Positions 9,618 through 17,911 of a stretch of 31,124 nucleotides of DNA are shown here, one piece after another. The stretch is from Ignavibacteria bacterium (GTDB lineage Bacteria; Bacteroidota; Ignavibacteria; Tepidaquicellales; Tepidaquicellaceae). How positions within the stretch are numbered: position 1 is the first letter of the stretch; every line of letters begins with the position of its first letter. Made by a program: the position numbers and the translations under genes. The stretch spans positions 1 through 31,124 of the forward strand of contig JBBSDT010000001.1 in NCBI GenBank assembly GCA_038240405.1. Reading direction: 5' to 3'. The notes under the pieces were generated by a model. The model saw nothing but the letters and a program-made list of their open reading frames with translations. It ran no database searches and had not been told where the DNA came from.

Positions 9618-9696
9618 TCAAAATTTAATTTTTTTCAAAATGACTCAAGATAGTTATTTTAATATAAATTATTATTATTAAAAAAATATTTTCTGA

Positions 9697-10050
9697 ATGA
9701 TGAGATTCGGCCATATTGAAGTTTTCGTAACCGACCCATTAAAAGCCAAGGAGTTTTATGAACATGTTTTAGGATTTGAAATAACAGAAATTCAGAATGA
9801 AAAATATGTCTGGCTCAAATTTGGTAATAATGAATTTCTACTTCGGCCTGGAAAAAATTTACTTCAAACCGATCAATATAAAGATTCCAATACCGGATTT
9901 GTTTTATATACTGATAATCTTGAGGAAACTAAAATGGAATTGTTATCGCGGAGACTTGTATTCAAAGGAACCGACGGATCCGAAACCTGCCTGACGTTCA
10001 CAGATCCCGATGGAAACTGGTTCCAGCTTGTTAATCCAAAGTATAGCTAA
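9697..10050 (+). CDS. VOC (glyoxalase/bleomycin resistance) family protein
   Basis: GHIEVFVTD...FYEHVLGF; FTDPDGNWFQL. Confidence 0.9.
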   Translation: MMRFGHIEVFVTDPLKAKEFYEHVLGFEITEIQNEKYVWLKFGNNEFLLRPGKNLLQTDQYKDSNTGFVLYTDNLEETKMELLSRRLVFKGTDGSETCLTFTDPDGNWFQLVNPKYS

Positions 10051-10077
10051 AATTTTGTTAAAACTTAAAACATAATC

Positions 10078-10674
10078 ATGAGCACAAATAATTTATCCTC
10101 TGAGGAAGCTGCAAAGATTCAGAAGGAGATTGAAGGAATTGAAAAACAAATTGAAGAAAGTAGAAAGAAAAAAATTGAGCTTAATTCAAAGCTTGCAGAT
10201 ATGGAAGTAAAGGATTATACTTTAAAGGACAGGGAAGGCAAGGATGTTAAGCTCTCCGAAATGTTCGGTGACAAACAGAACCTTATTTTAATACATAACA
10301 TGGGTAAGTCATGTCCTTACTGCACAATGTGGGCTGACGGGTTCAAGGACACTTACAAAGAAATTGAGAAGAAATCAGCTTTTGTACTGGTTTGCCCAGA
10401 TAAACCCGAAGTTCATAAAGAATTTGCGGATTCCAGGGATTGGTCTTTTAAGTCATATTCTGCAGCGGGCACTGAATTTATTTTTGATATGGGATATGAC
10501 TTCATTAAGGAAGGAAAACATAATTACTGGCCGGGAGTTTCGGTTTTTGAAAAAAAGGATGATGGAAATATAAGAAGAGTAGGTAAAGATTATTTTGGTC
10601 CCGGTGATTTTTATTGCAATATATGGCACTTCCTTGACTTGCTGCCTTCAGAAAATATAACAGTTAATTCCTGA
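10078..10674 (+). CDS. DUF899 family thioredoxin-like protein
   Basis: N-terminal coiled coil, LSEMFGDK, CPYCTMWADG, PGVSVF, DLLP. Confidence 0.85.
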   Translation: MSTNNLSSEEAAKIQKEIEGIEKQIEESRKKKIELNSKLADMEVKDYTLKDREGKDVKLSEMFGDKQNLILIHNMGKSCPYCTMWADGFKDTYKEIEKKSAFVLVCPDKPEVHKEFADSRDWSFKSYSAAGTEFIFDMGYDFIKEGKHNYWPGVSVFEKKDDGNIRRVGKDYFGPGDFYCNIWHFLDLLPSENITVNS

Positions 10675-10683
10675 TTGGGATAT

Positions 10684-10764
10684 ATGGAGTTAAATCATCT
10701 TCACCTTCATGTGAATAATCTAGACCTGTCAAAAAAGTTCTATGAAGAATATTTCGAATATTAA
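10684..10764 (+). pseudogene. 26-aa N-terminal stub of a VOC family gene
   Basis: MELNHLHLHVNNLDLSKKFYEEYFEY*; its TAA overlaps the next ATG (TAATG). Confidence 0.7.
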
Positions 10765-11258
10765 TGGAAAATGTTTTAGTTCAGCAATATCTGAAACAAT
10801 ACCGGATGATGCTTGAATGGGTAGATGGGCAGCTTAATGCTTTGTCAGACGAAGAATACAACTTAGAGCTTTCACCGGGAAAAAATACCGGTATATGGAT
10901 ATTAGGGCATCTGGTTGTTTCCGATGATGATTTTTCTGTGTTTCTGGGAAAAGGAGAACTTTTATTTCCTGAATATACAGAAGTGTTTGGACAGGGCAGC
11001 AAGCTTCAGAAGGCAGAAATTTATCCTTCAGTTTCAAAATTAAAAGAAGCATGGAAAAAAGTTAGTGAAAAGAATTTGGAAATTTATTCCGGCTTGACTG
11101 ATAAAGAATTAAATGAGCCTCATTCAATGGTCAAAAATTATGAAACAGATTATTTTAAAACTAAAGACAAAGTAATTATGGCATGGCATCTTCATCAGGC
11201 GTACCATGCAGGACAAATTGCTATATTGGTATCCCGGGTTGGTAAAAATAAATATTAA
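10764..11258 (+). CDS. DinB/YfiT family protein
   Basis: WILGHL and HQAYHAGQI histidine motifs; four-helix bundle size. Confidence 0.88.
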   Translation: MENVLVQQYLKQYRMMLEWVDGQLNALSDEEYNLELSPGKNTGIWILGHLVVSDDDFSVFLGKGELLFPEYTEVFGQGSKLQKAEIYPSVSKLKEAWKKVSEKNLEIYSGLTDKELNEPHSMVKNYETDYFKTKDKVIMAWHLHQAYHAGQIAILVSRVGKNKY

Positions 11259-11296
11259 ATTTCATTTTACTTTTCATATATAAATCCTTCCGCCAT

Positions 11297-11935
11297 TTGT
11301 CAAAAACAAAATTTTCCCTCAAGTGGAAACATATTCTTGCAAATCCATCGCTTCGAATCGAATTTATTTTAACGTTCTTAATTCTGATAACAACTGTTTA
11401 TTGCTTCAGCAGGTATCTTGTTTTTAATGAAACAAGACCGGGTGCGGTAATAGAGGACCCTATTCTTAAATATTTTGATCCAATAAATTTAAACCCGCTG
11501 ATCTTTTTTTCAATTTATTCTTCGTTAATAGTAGGCTTGATTTCGTTCAGTTTTGATCCTCGATTACTGATGACCGCTTTTCAGACTTATATTCTCATGG
11601 TTTTTTTCAGAATGCTTGCAATGTATCTCGTTCCTCTTGACCCTCCGGTGGGATGCATTGATCTGCAGGACCCTGTCGTTTTCCTGCTTGGTACCGGAAA
11701 AAAAATCATAAAGGATTTATTCTTTTCAGGTCACACTTCTACTGCTTTTATGCTTTTCCTGGTGTCAAAAAACCGGTATCTGAAGTTCTGCTTCCTCTTT
11801 GCTACTATAATTGTTGGCATTTCTGTAATCCTGCAGAAAGCCCATTACACTATTGATGTATTTGTCGGACTAATATTTGCTTATGCTTCATATCAGATTG
11901 TAAAAAATCTTCACAGGAAATATAAATTAGATTAG
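11297..11935 (+). CDS. PAP2-related membrane protein, sphingomyelin-synthase-like
   Basis: DLFFSGHT and HYTIDV catalytic motifs; FRMLAMYLVPLDPP; multiple TM segments; TTG start. Confidence 0.82.
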   Translation: MSKTKFSLKWKHILANPSLRIEFILTFLILITTVYCFSRYLVFNETRPGAVIEDPILKYFDPINLNPLIFFSIYSSLIVGLISFSFDPRLLMTAFQTYILMVFFRMLAMYLVPLDPPVGCIDLQDPVVFLLGTGKKIIKDLFFSGHTSTAFMLFLVSKNRYLKFCFLFATIIVGISVILQKAHYTIDVFVGLIFAYASYQIVKNLHRKYKLD

Positions 11936-12063
11936 TGTCCTAATTTTATTCTGCTATTCTTCTATTCTAAGGGTATTATTGATAAGTTTTAAGAATCTGA
12001 GGGTAACCGGCCTAAAGATTACCGGAATGACATCTCAAAAGAGTCATGAAAGAGAAATTAGTT

Positions 12064-12087
12064 TATAGATATTTTTGAATATCTATA
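12064..12087. promoter_or_regulatory. Perfect 10-bp inverted repeat upstream of nbaC
   Basis: TATAGATATT-TTTG-AATATCTATA. Confidence 0.45.
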
Positions 12088-12126
12088 TTAAGTTAAAACT
12101 AAATTTAAATTTCGGGAGGAGTTAAA

Positions 12127-12639
12127 ATGTTACAACCTATTAATTTCAAAAAATGGATTGAAGAAAACCGGCACTTAATGAAACCGCCCGTTGGAAATAA
12201 ATGTATTTATGACGGCGATTTTATAGTAATGGTAGTTGGAGGTCCGAATTCCAGAAAGGATTACCATTTCCAGGAAGGACCGGAGTTTTTTTATCAGGTA
12301 GAGGGGGATATTAATGTTGGCATTGTAGAAGACGGAAAAGAGAATTTGTATACTGTTAAAGAAGGAGAAATTTTTTATGTTCCGTCGAAAATCCCTCATT
12401 CACCAAGACGAGGAGAGAATACTATAGGACTGGTCGTTGAAAGAAAAAGATCCTCCGATGAACTTGACGGTTTTCAATGGTATTGTGAGAATTGCCATAC
12501 TAAACTTTATGAAAAATTTTTTAAACTTACTGATATAGTATCTCAGCTCCCCCCTTTACTAAAAGAATTTTACGATTCAAAAGATCTGCGCACCTGTAAG
12601 AACTGCGGGGCGGTAATGGAACCGCCCATTAAAAAATAA
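12127..12639 (+). CDS. nbaC: 3-hydroxyanthranilate 3,4-dioxygenase
   Basis: VGGPNSRKDYH, EFFYQ, PHSP, WYCENC...CKNCG rubredoxin-like site; GGAGGAG RBS. Confidence 0.96.
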   Translation: MLQPINFKKWIEENRHLMKPPVGNKCIYDGDFIVMVVGGPNSRKDYHFQEGPEFFYQVEGDINVGIVEDGKENLYTVKEGEIFYVPSKIPHSPRRGENTIGLVVERKRSSDELDGFQWYCENCHTKLYEKFFKLTDIVSQLPPLLKEFYDSKDLRTCKNCGAVMEPPIKK

Positions 12640-12688
12640 ACATAAATTATAAACTATCAATGTTTTGTTACTCCGACCTTAAGTAAAA

Positions 12689-13699
12689 ATGAAGATTGAC
12701 ATTCATACACACATATTACCTGAGAATTGGCCTGATCTAAAGGAAAAATACGGGTATGGTGGATTTGTTAGTCTCGATCATTACAAGCCCTGCTGCGCTA
12801 AAATGATGATAGACGGGAAAATTTTTCGTGAAATACAAAGCAATTGCTGGGATGCACAAACCCGGCTTATGGATTGTGCTCAAACTCATGTGGACATGCA
12901 GGTATTGTCAACTGTTCCGGTAATGTTCAGCTATTGGGCCAAGGCAAAAGATACTTTAGACCTGGCAAAATTCCTTAATGATCATATTGCATCTGTTGTT
13001 GCCGATTATCCGGACAGATTCGCAGGACTTGCAACTTTGCCGATGCAGTCGCCTGAGCTTGCAATCAGAGAATTAGAACGTTGTGTAAAAGAATTAGGTT
13101 TTTCAGGTATTGAAATCGGCTCCCATGTTAATGAATGGAATCTCGACAACGAAAATTTATTTCCAGTATTTCAGGCCGCTGAAGAATTAGGGGCTGCCGT
13201 GTTCGTTCATCCCTGGGATATGATGGGTAAAGAAAAAATGCCTAAGTACTGGCTTCCCTGGCTTGTAGGCATGCCGGCAGAAACTTCACTCGCAATTTGT
13301 TCCATGATTTTCGGCGGAGTTTTTGAAAGGTTAAAAAAACTAAAAGTATGTTTTTCTCACGGAGGAGGATCGTTCCCTTTTACTATCGGCAGAATTGAGC
13401 ATGGCTTCAAAACGAGACCTGACCTTGTTGCTGTAGACAATAAAATCAATCCGAGAGAATACCTTGGGAAATTTTATCTTGATTCACTTGTTCATGACGA
13501 GAAGGCTTTAAATTACCTGGTTGAACTTATGGGTCATGATAAAATTGTTCTTGGCTCAGATTACCCTTTTCCTCTTGGAGAAAATTATCCGGGAAAACTA
13601 ATTGAAACTATGTTTGAGAATAACCGGGAACTCAAAGAAAAATTACTCTGGAAGAATGCTTCGGATTTTTTGAATTCAAGAATCAAAATTCCAGCCTGA
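12689..13699 (+). CDS. nbaD: 2-amino-3-carboxymuconate-6-semialdehyde decarboxylase (ACMSD)
   Basis: [48 protein letters not shown]; directly after HAAO. Confidence 0.93.
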   Translation: MKIDIHTHILPENWPDLKEKYGYGGFVSLDHYKPCCAKMMIDGKIFREIQSNCWDAQTRLMDCAQTHVDMQVLSTVPVMFSYWAKAKDTLDLAKFLNDHIASVVADYPDRFAGLATLPMQSPELAIRELERCVKELGFSGIEIGSHVNEWNLDNENLFPVFQAAEELGAAVFVHPWDMMGKEKMPKYWLPWLVGMPAETSLAICSMIFGGVFERLKKLKVCFSHGGGSFPFTIGRIEHGFKTRPDLVAVDNKINPREYLGKFYLDSLVHDEKALNYLVELMGHDKIVLGSDYPFPLGENYPGKLIETMFENNRELKEKLLWKNASDFLNSRIKIPA

Positions 13700-13756
13700 A
13701 CTCGTGCAAAGATAAAATTCCTTACTTCTAATAAATCACAGGCTAATCCAAAATTT

Positions 13757-14467
13757 TTATTTTTTTTCAAAAGGATTTCTTGCCCATACTGTTACCTCGG
13801 GTATCATTCCACGATCATCCATTTCAAGCATTGACATAATCGAATGTGCAATCTCATTGCTTGTAAGTTTCTTAGCGTTTTCTGCCCTTTCGGTTCTTTC
13901 CTTATTTCCGAAAGCTGTTGTAACTTCACTTGGATTAATCTGCATTACACGGATATTGAATGGTCGTAATTCCGCCTGCCAGCATTCGGTCATGCTTCTT
14001 AAAGCAAATTTTGATGACGAGTAGATACTGCCGTTTGAAAATCCTTTAAGTGCAGCAGTCGAAGCAATATTGATGATGTTCCCGTGATCTTGTTTCTTAA
14101 AAATTTCCGCTGCCTTTTTCGCCATTAATGCCGCGCCGAAAACATTCACGGAATAAACTCTTATAAAAGCTTCCAGGGTAATGTCCTGAAGCTTTGGAAA
14201 TTCACCAATACCAGCATTATTTACAAGACAATCGAGTCCTCCGAACTTATCCAGGAATATTTTATATGTAGATTCAATATCATTTTCTTTTGAAACATCT
14301 GCATGAATTGCCAGCGCATTTATTTCTTTAGCTACTTCTTCAAGCTTGGATTTGTCTCTTCCCGTAATCCCTACCTTAGCACCGTTATCGGATAAGAGCT
14401 TTGCCGTTGCCTTTCCAATTCCGGAACTCCCGCCCGTAATTAGAATTTTTGAGTTTTCAATTTTCAT
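13757..14467 (-). CDS. Short-chain dehydrogenase/reductase
   Basis: TGGSSGIG, NNAG, YSSSK. Confidence 0.95.
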   Translation of the reverse strand: MKIENSKILITGGSSGIGKATAKLLSDNGAKVGITGRDKSKLEEVAKEINALAIHADVSKENDIESTYKIFLDKFGGLDCLVNNAGIGEFPKLQDITLEAFIRVYSVNVFGAALMAKKAAEIFKKQDHGNIINIASTAALKGFSNGSIYSSSKFALRSMTECWQAELRPFNIRVMQINPSEVTTAFGNKERTERAENAKKLTSNEIAHSIMSMLEMDDRGMIPEVTVWARNPFEKK

Positions 14468-14532
14468 TTTGTTATTTTAATTTGATTTAAGTTTCCGAAA
14501 TACATCTTCCCCGTTAATTCTTCAAGAGGCTC

Positions 14533-15603
14533 TTACTTTATATATCTGAAATCATAACCTGCCTTAAGCTGAATTATGAATTCATACATCAGCTTTATTA
14601 AATTATCAATATCATCCTTATGAACTGATTCAACAGTTGTGTGCATATATTTTAAAGGCAGTGCGATCAAAGCCGATGCAACGCCATCAGACGAATAAGC
14701 AAATGCATCCGTATCTGTCCCGGTTAACCGCGAAACAGCCTCAAGCTGATATGGAATCTTTTTTTTCTTTGCTGTATTTATTATCATTTCAAGAAGGTTG
14801 TTCTGAACTGCAGGACCGTAGGTTAGAATCGGACCTTTACCGCATGAAATGTCTCCCATAGTTTCTTTTTTATAAAGCGGAGATTGAGTATCGTGGCTTA
14901 CGTCTGTAATTATTGCTACATTAGGATTTAGTCTTCGTGAAATCATTTCGGCGCCTCTAAGGCCGACTTCTTCCTGCACGGCATTTACAACATACAGCCC
15001 GAATCCCAGCTTGTTCTTTTTTTCCCTGATCATCCGCGATACTTCAGCAATCATAAATCCTCCGATCCGGTTGTCTAATGCTCTTCCGACATAATATCTG
15101 TCGTTAAGCATCATAATTTCATCCACGTAAGTAACTACCGAGCCTACATGGACCCCGAGCGCTTCAACTTCTTTTTTTGACTTGCAGCCGCAATCAAGAA
15201 TAATATTTTTTAATGACGGATGTTCTTCTTTGCGGCCATGCCTCACGTGGATTGCGGGCCATCCGAATACAGCCTTCACAATTCCTTTTTTAGTATGAAT
15301 GTTAACTCTTTTTGAAGGAGCAATCTGGTGGTCAGAGCCTCCATTCCTTATTACATATATATAACCTTCATCACTGATATAATTTACATACCATGAAATT
15401 TCATCTGCATGAGCTTCTATTACCACCCTGTATTCAGCATCAGGATTTATTATGCCAACCATGGTCCCGTAAGTATCGGGCATATATGTGTCAATATATG
15501 GAGTTATGTACTCCAGCCAGATTTTTTGTCCGGCAGATTCATAGCCGGTGGGTGAAGCGTTATTGATGTATCTTTCCAAAAACTCATAACTTTCTGTTCT
15601 CAT
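14533..15603 (-). CDS. M42 family metallo-aminopeptidase
   Basis: EAHADEI, RALDNR, QEEVG, DVSHD, YMHT. Confidence 0.93.
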   Translation of the reverse strand: MRTESYEFLERYINNASPTGYESAGQKIWLEYITPYIDTYMPDTYGTMVGIINPDAEYRVVIEAHADEISWYVNYISDEGYIYVIRNGGSDHQIAPSKRVNIHTKKGIVKAVFGWPAIHVRHGRKEEHPSLKNIILDCGCKSKKEVEALGVHVGSVVTYVDEIMMLNDRYYVGRALDNRIGGFMIAEVSRMIREKKNKLGFGLYVVNAVQEEVGLRGAEMISRRLNPNVAIITDVSHDTQSPLYKKETMGDISCGKGPILTYGPAVQNNLLEMIINTAKKKKIPYQLEAVSRLTGTDTDAFAYSSDGVASALIALPLKYMHTTVESVHKDDIDNLIKLMYEFIIQLKAGYDFRYIK

Positions 15604-15617
15604 TTTTTGAAATTAAA

Positions 15618-16313
15618 TTAAGAAGATGGTTTATTAACTATATTAACTGAATTATTTTTCCCGACAATAATTGTGTCAACTACATTTATGAATAACCCGG
15701 TTTCCACTACTCCGTTTATTAATTTAAGGTCTACATTGAGTTGTTCCACGTCATCTATTAATCCCGGATGCAGATCAAAAATAAAATTCCCGCTGTCTGT
15801 AAAATAATATGAATTCTCTTTTTTTCGAATAACAGGATTTAAATTTCTTTCGCTAAATATTTTAAAAACTCTTTTAAAACCAAAAGGTATTACTTCAACA
15901 GGCAAAGGAAAATCTCCCAGCTTTTGTACCATCTTACTTTCATCAACAATCCAGATATTTCGTTTTGATGAAAGAGCAACAATTTTTTCAAATAACAATG
16001 CGCCTCCACCGCCTTTTATACCATTGAAATCTTTGTCAATTTCATCCGCCCCGTCAATTGATAAATCAATTTCATTTGCTTCGTCAATCGATATCAAAGA
16101 TATTCCGGAGGATTGTGCCAGCCGGGTCGTCCAATCAGATGTTGATACTGCTCTGATTTTTAGACCGGTCTTTACAAGGCCTCCCAATATCTGTACTGCA
16201 AAATAAACTGTTGATCCGGTACCCAATCCGATTATCATTCCGTTTTTTACAAACCCGGTTGCCTTTGCAGCAGCTAATTTTTTTTCTTCATTTTGTTTTG
16301 TATCAGTATTCAT
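15618..16313 (-). CDS. rpiA: Ribose-5-phosphate isomerase A
   Basis: GLGTGST, DGADE, KGGGGAL, GVVETGLF. Confidence 0.97.
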   Translation of the reverse strand: MNTDTKQNEEKKLAAAKATGFVKNGMIIGLGTGSTVYFAVQILGGLVKTGLKIRAVSTSDWTTRLAQSSGISLISIDEANEIDLSIDGADEIDKDFNGIKGGGGALLFEKIVALSSKRNIWIVDESKMVQKLGDFPLPVEVIPFGFKRVFKIFSERNLNPVIRKKENSYYFTDSGNFIFDLHPGLIDDVEQLNVDLKLINGVVETGLFINVVDTIIVGKNNSVNIVNKPSS

Positions 16314-16390
16314 TAAAAACTTTCACTCTAAATAATATAGATTTTTTATATAAAACACTTAATGAATAAAATTTTATTCCGGAGTTCATC

Positions 16391-17886
16391 TTATTTTGCG
16401 CCGGTTGAGTCAACGCATAAACATTTCGCATATTCCTCAGTTGTTAAATGTCCAAGTCCGCACCAATTATAGTACCAGGTTGTATAATCTCCCTGAAATG
16501 ATTTAATGTTACTTACCGAATAGTATTTAATATAAGTTGCTCTGTAAGTACTGTCAGATAAAATAAGACTGTTTATACTATTTAAGGAACTCAATGAAAG
16601 AGAAGTTTGATTATAACTGTCCCTGAAATCATATTCCTTTCTCCAGTTGATCAAACCGTTCGCTGAAAGATTTTCTATAAAATATGTCTCATAATCCAGA
16701 AGTCCGAAATCTGATTTCTGATATGTAAAAACCTGATACCCAGGATTGTTATAATAAACAGGACTTATAGAAGGTGCAAGATGAATATATGAGACCGGTA
16801 TTTTATCTTTATAAATAATTCTGAAATCATCCCGGTGAAAATGTCCTGCAAAACTTAACTCGATTATATCTGAATATTCTTTAATGATATTAAGGAATTC
16901 GTCATTGTAATTCTTTTTCCAGACAGGAAGAATCCTTTCTTCGCAATTTCCTTTGCCGTTAATTGTTCCGTAAACATCTATGCCGGGAGGAATATGATAC
17001 GAGAGCCATATTCTGTTATGTTTTTGTTTGCTCTGTTCAAGGTTTTTTCTTAACCATTCAAGCTCTTTATCTCCGGGATCAAGCAGAGAATCGCCGCATT
17101 TGTTCACATAATTTTTAGAAAAGAAAATCGTATTAAGAACAAGCAGCTTCGTATTCTTTGAAAGTTGAAATTCCAATTTACAGTAACCACCTTTAGAAAA
17201 AGTTTTCTTTAATGATCGCTCATTATAATTTGTCTTTACAAACGGCTGCCAAACTTCCGAAAGCATTTTTAAAAAAGTACCTCTTGGTCCACCATGTAAT
17301 TGCCGCAATCGGCATCATCATTACCTAAAGCAGGAAATATTTGTGTTTGTGGAAAATATTTCAAAATAGTCCACGTTACAAACTGCATGTTTTTTTTTAT
17401 AAATAAATTTAATGAATCAGTATTTGCTGTTCCGGAATACTTAATAAAATTCTCATTAAAGTTATGCGCCATAAAGTCACCGGTAATTATTATGAAGTCA
17501 GGACCGGGTATTCTTGATTTCATATCCTCAAGAGCGGAAATTAATAATGGAAAATTGGAATCTTTCCCGTATGAACTTACCTGCTTTTGTTCAGAACTTA
17601 AGAATATATCATTCCACTTTTGGTAATCCGAATTTATAAGTGGTCTGATTAAATTAGTATCATAAAACGGATCAAAATGTAGATCGGAAAATGTCAGAAA
17701 CCGGCTTTCGCCTGATATTCCGAACACGTAACAATTAGTGCCATAGATTAAAAAGAAGAGAATAGTAGAAAGAGCTATACAGAAAGCTTTTACTTTTTCT
17801 TTTGAGGAAGTATTTGTCTGTTTTGAAAGGATATTAAAAGTAAATATTTTACAATTATTCAGAAGGTATAATTTTCTGTAAAACAA
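16391..17886 (-). pseudogene. Acid-sphingomyelinase-like (SMPDL3-type) metallophosphoesterase split by a 1-nt frameshift
   Basis: The upstream ORF has SDLHFD, TGDFMAH and LGNDD; the downstream ORF has YHIPPG, AGHFHRDDF and PSISP...NNPGY. One extra base near 17286-17287 joins them into 498 aa. Could be an assembly error. Confidence 0.85.
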
Positions 17887-17911
17887 AAAGTAATTGAATC
17901 AAAAATAATTC

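Noticed and set aside
13700-13756. Intrinsic terminator between convergent nbaD and SDR
   Set aside because: No convincing GC stem followed by a U-tract on either strand.
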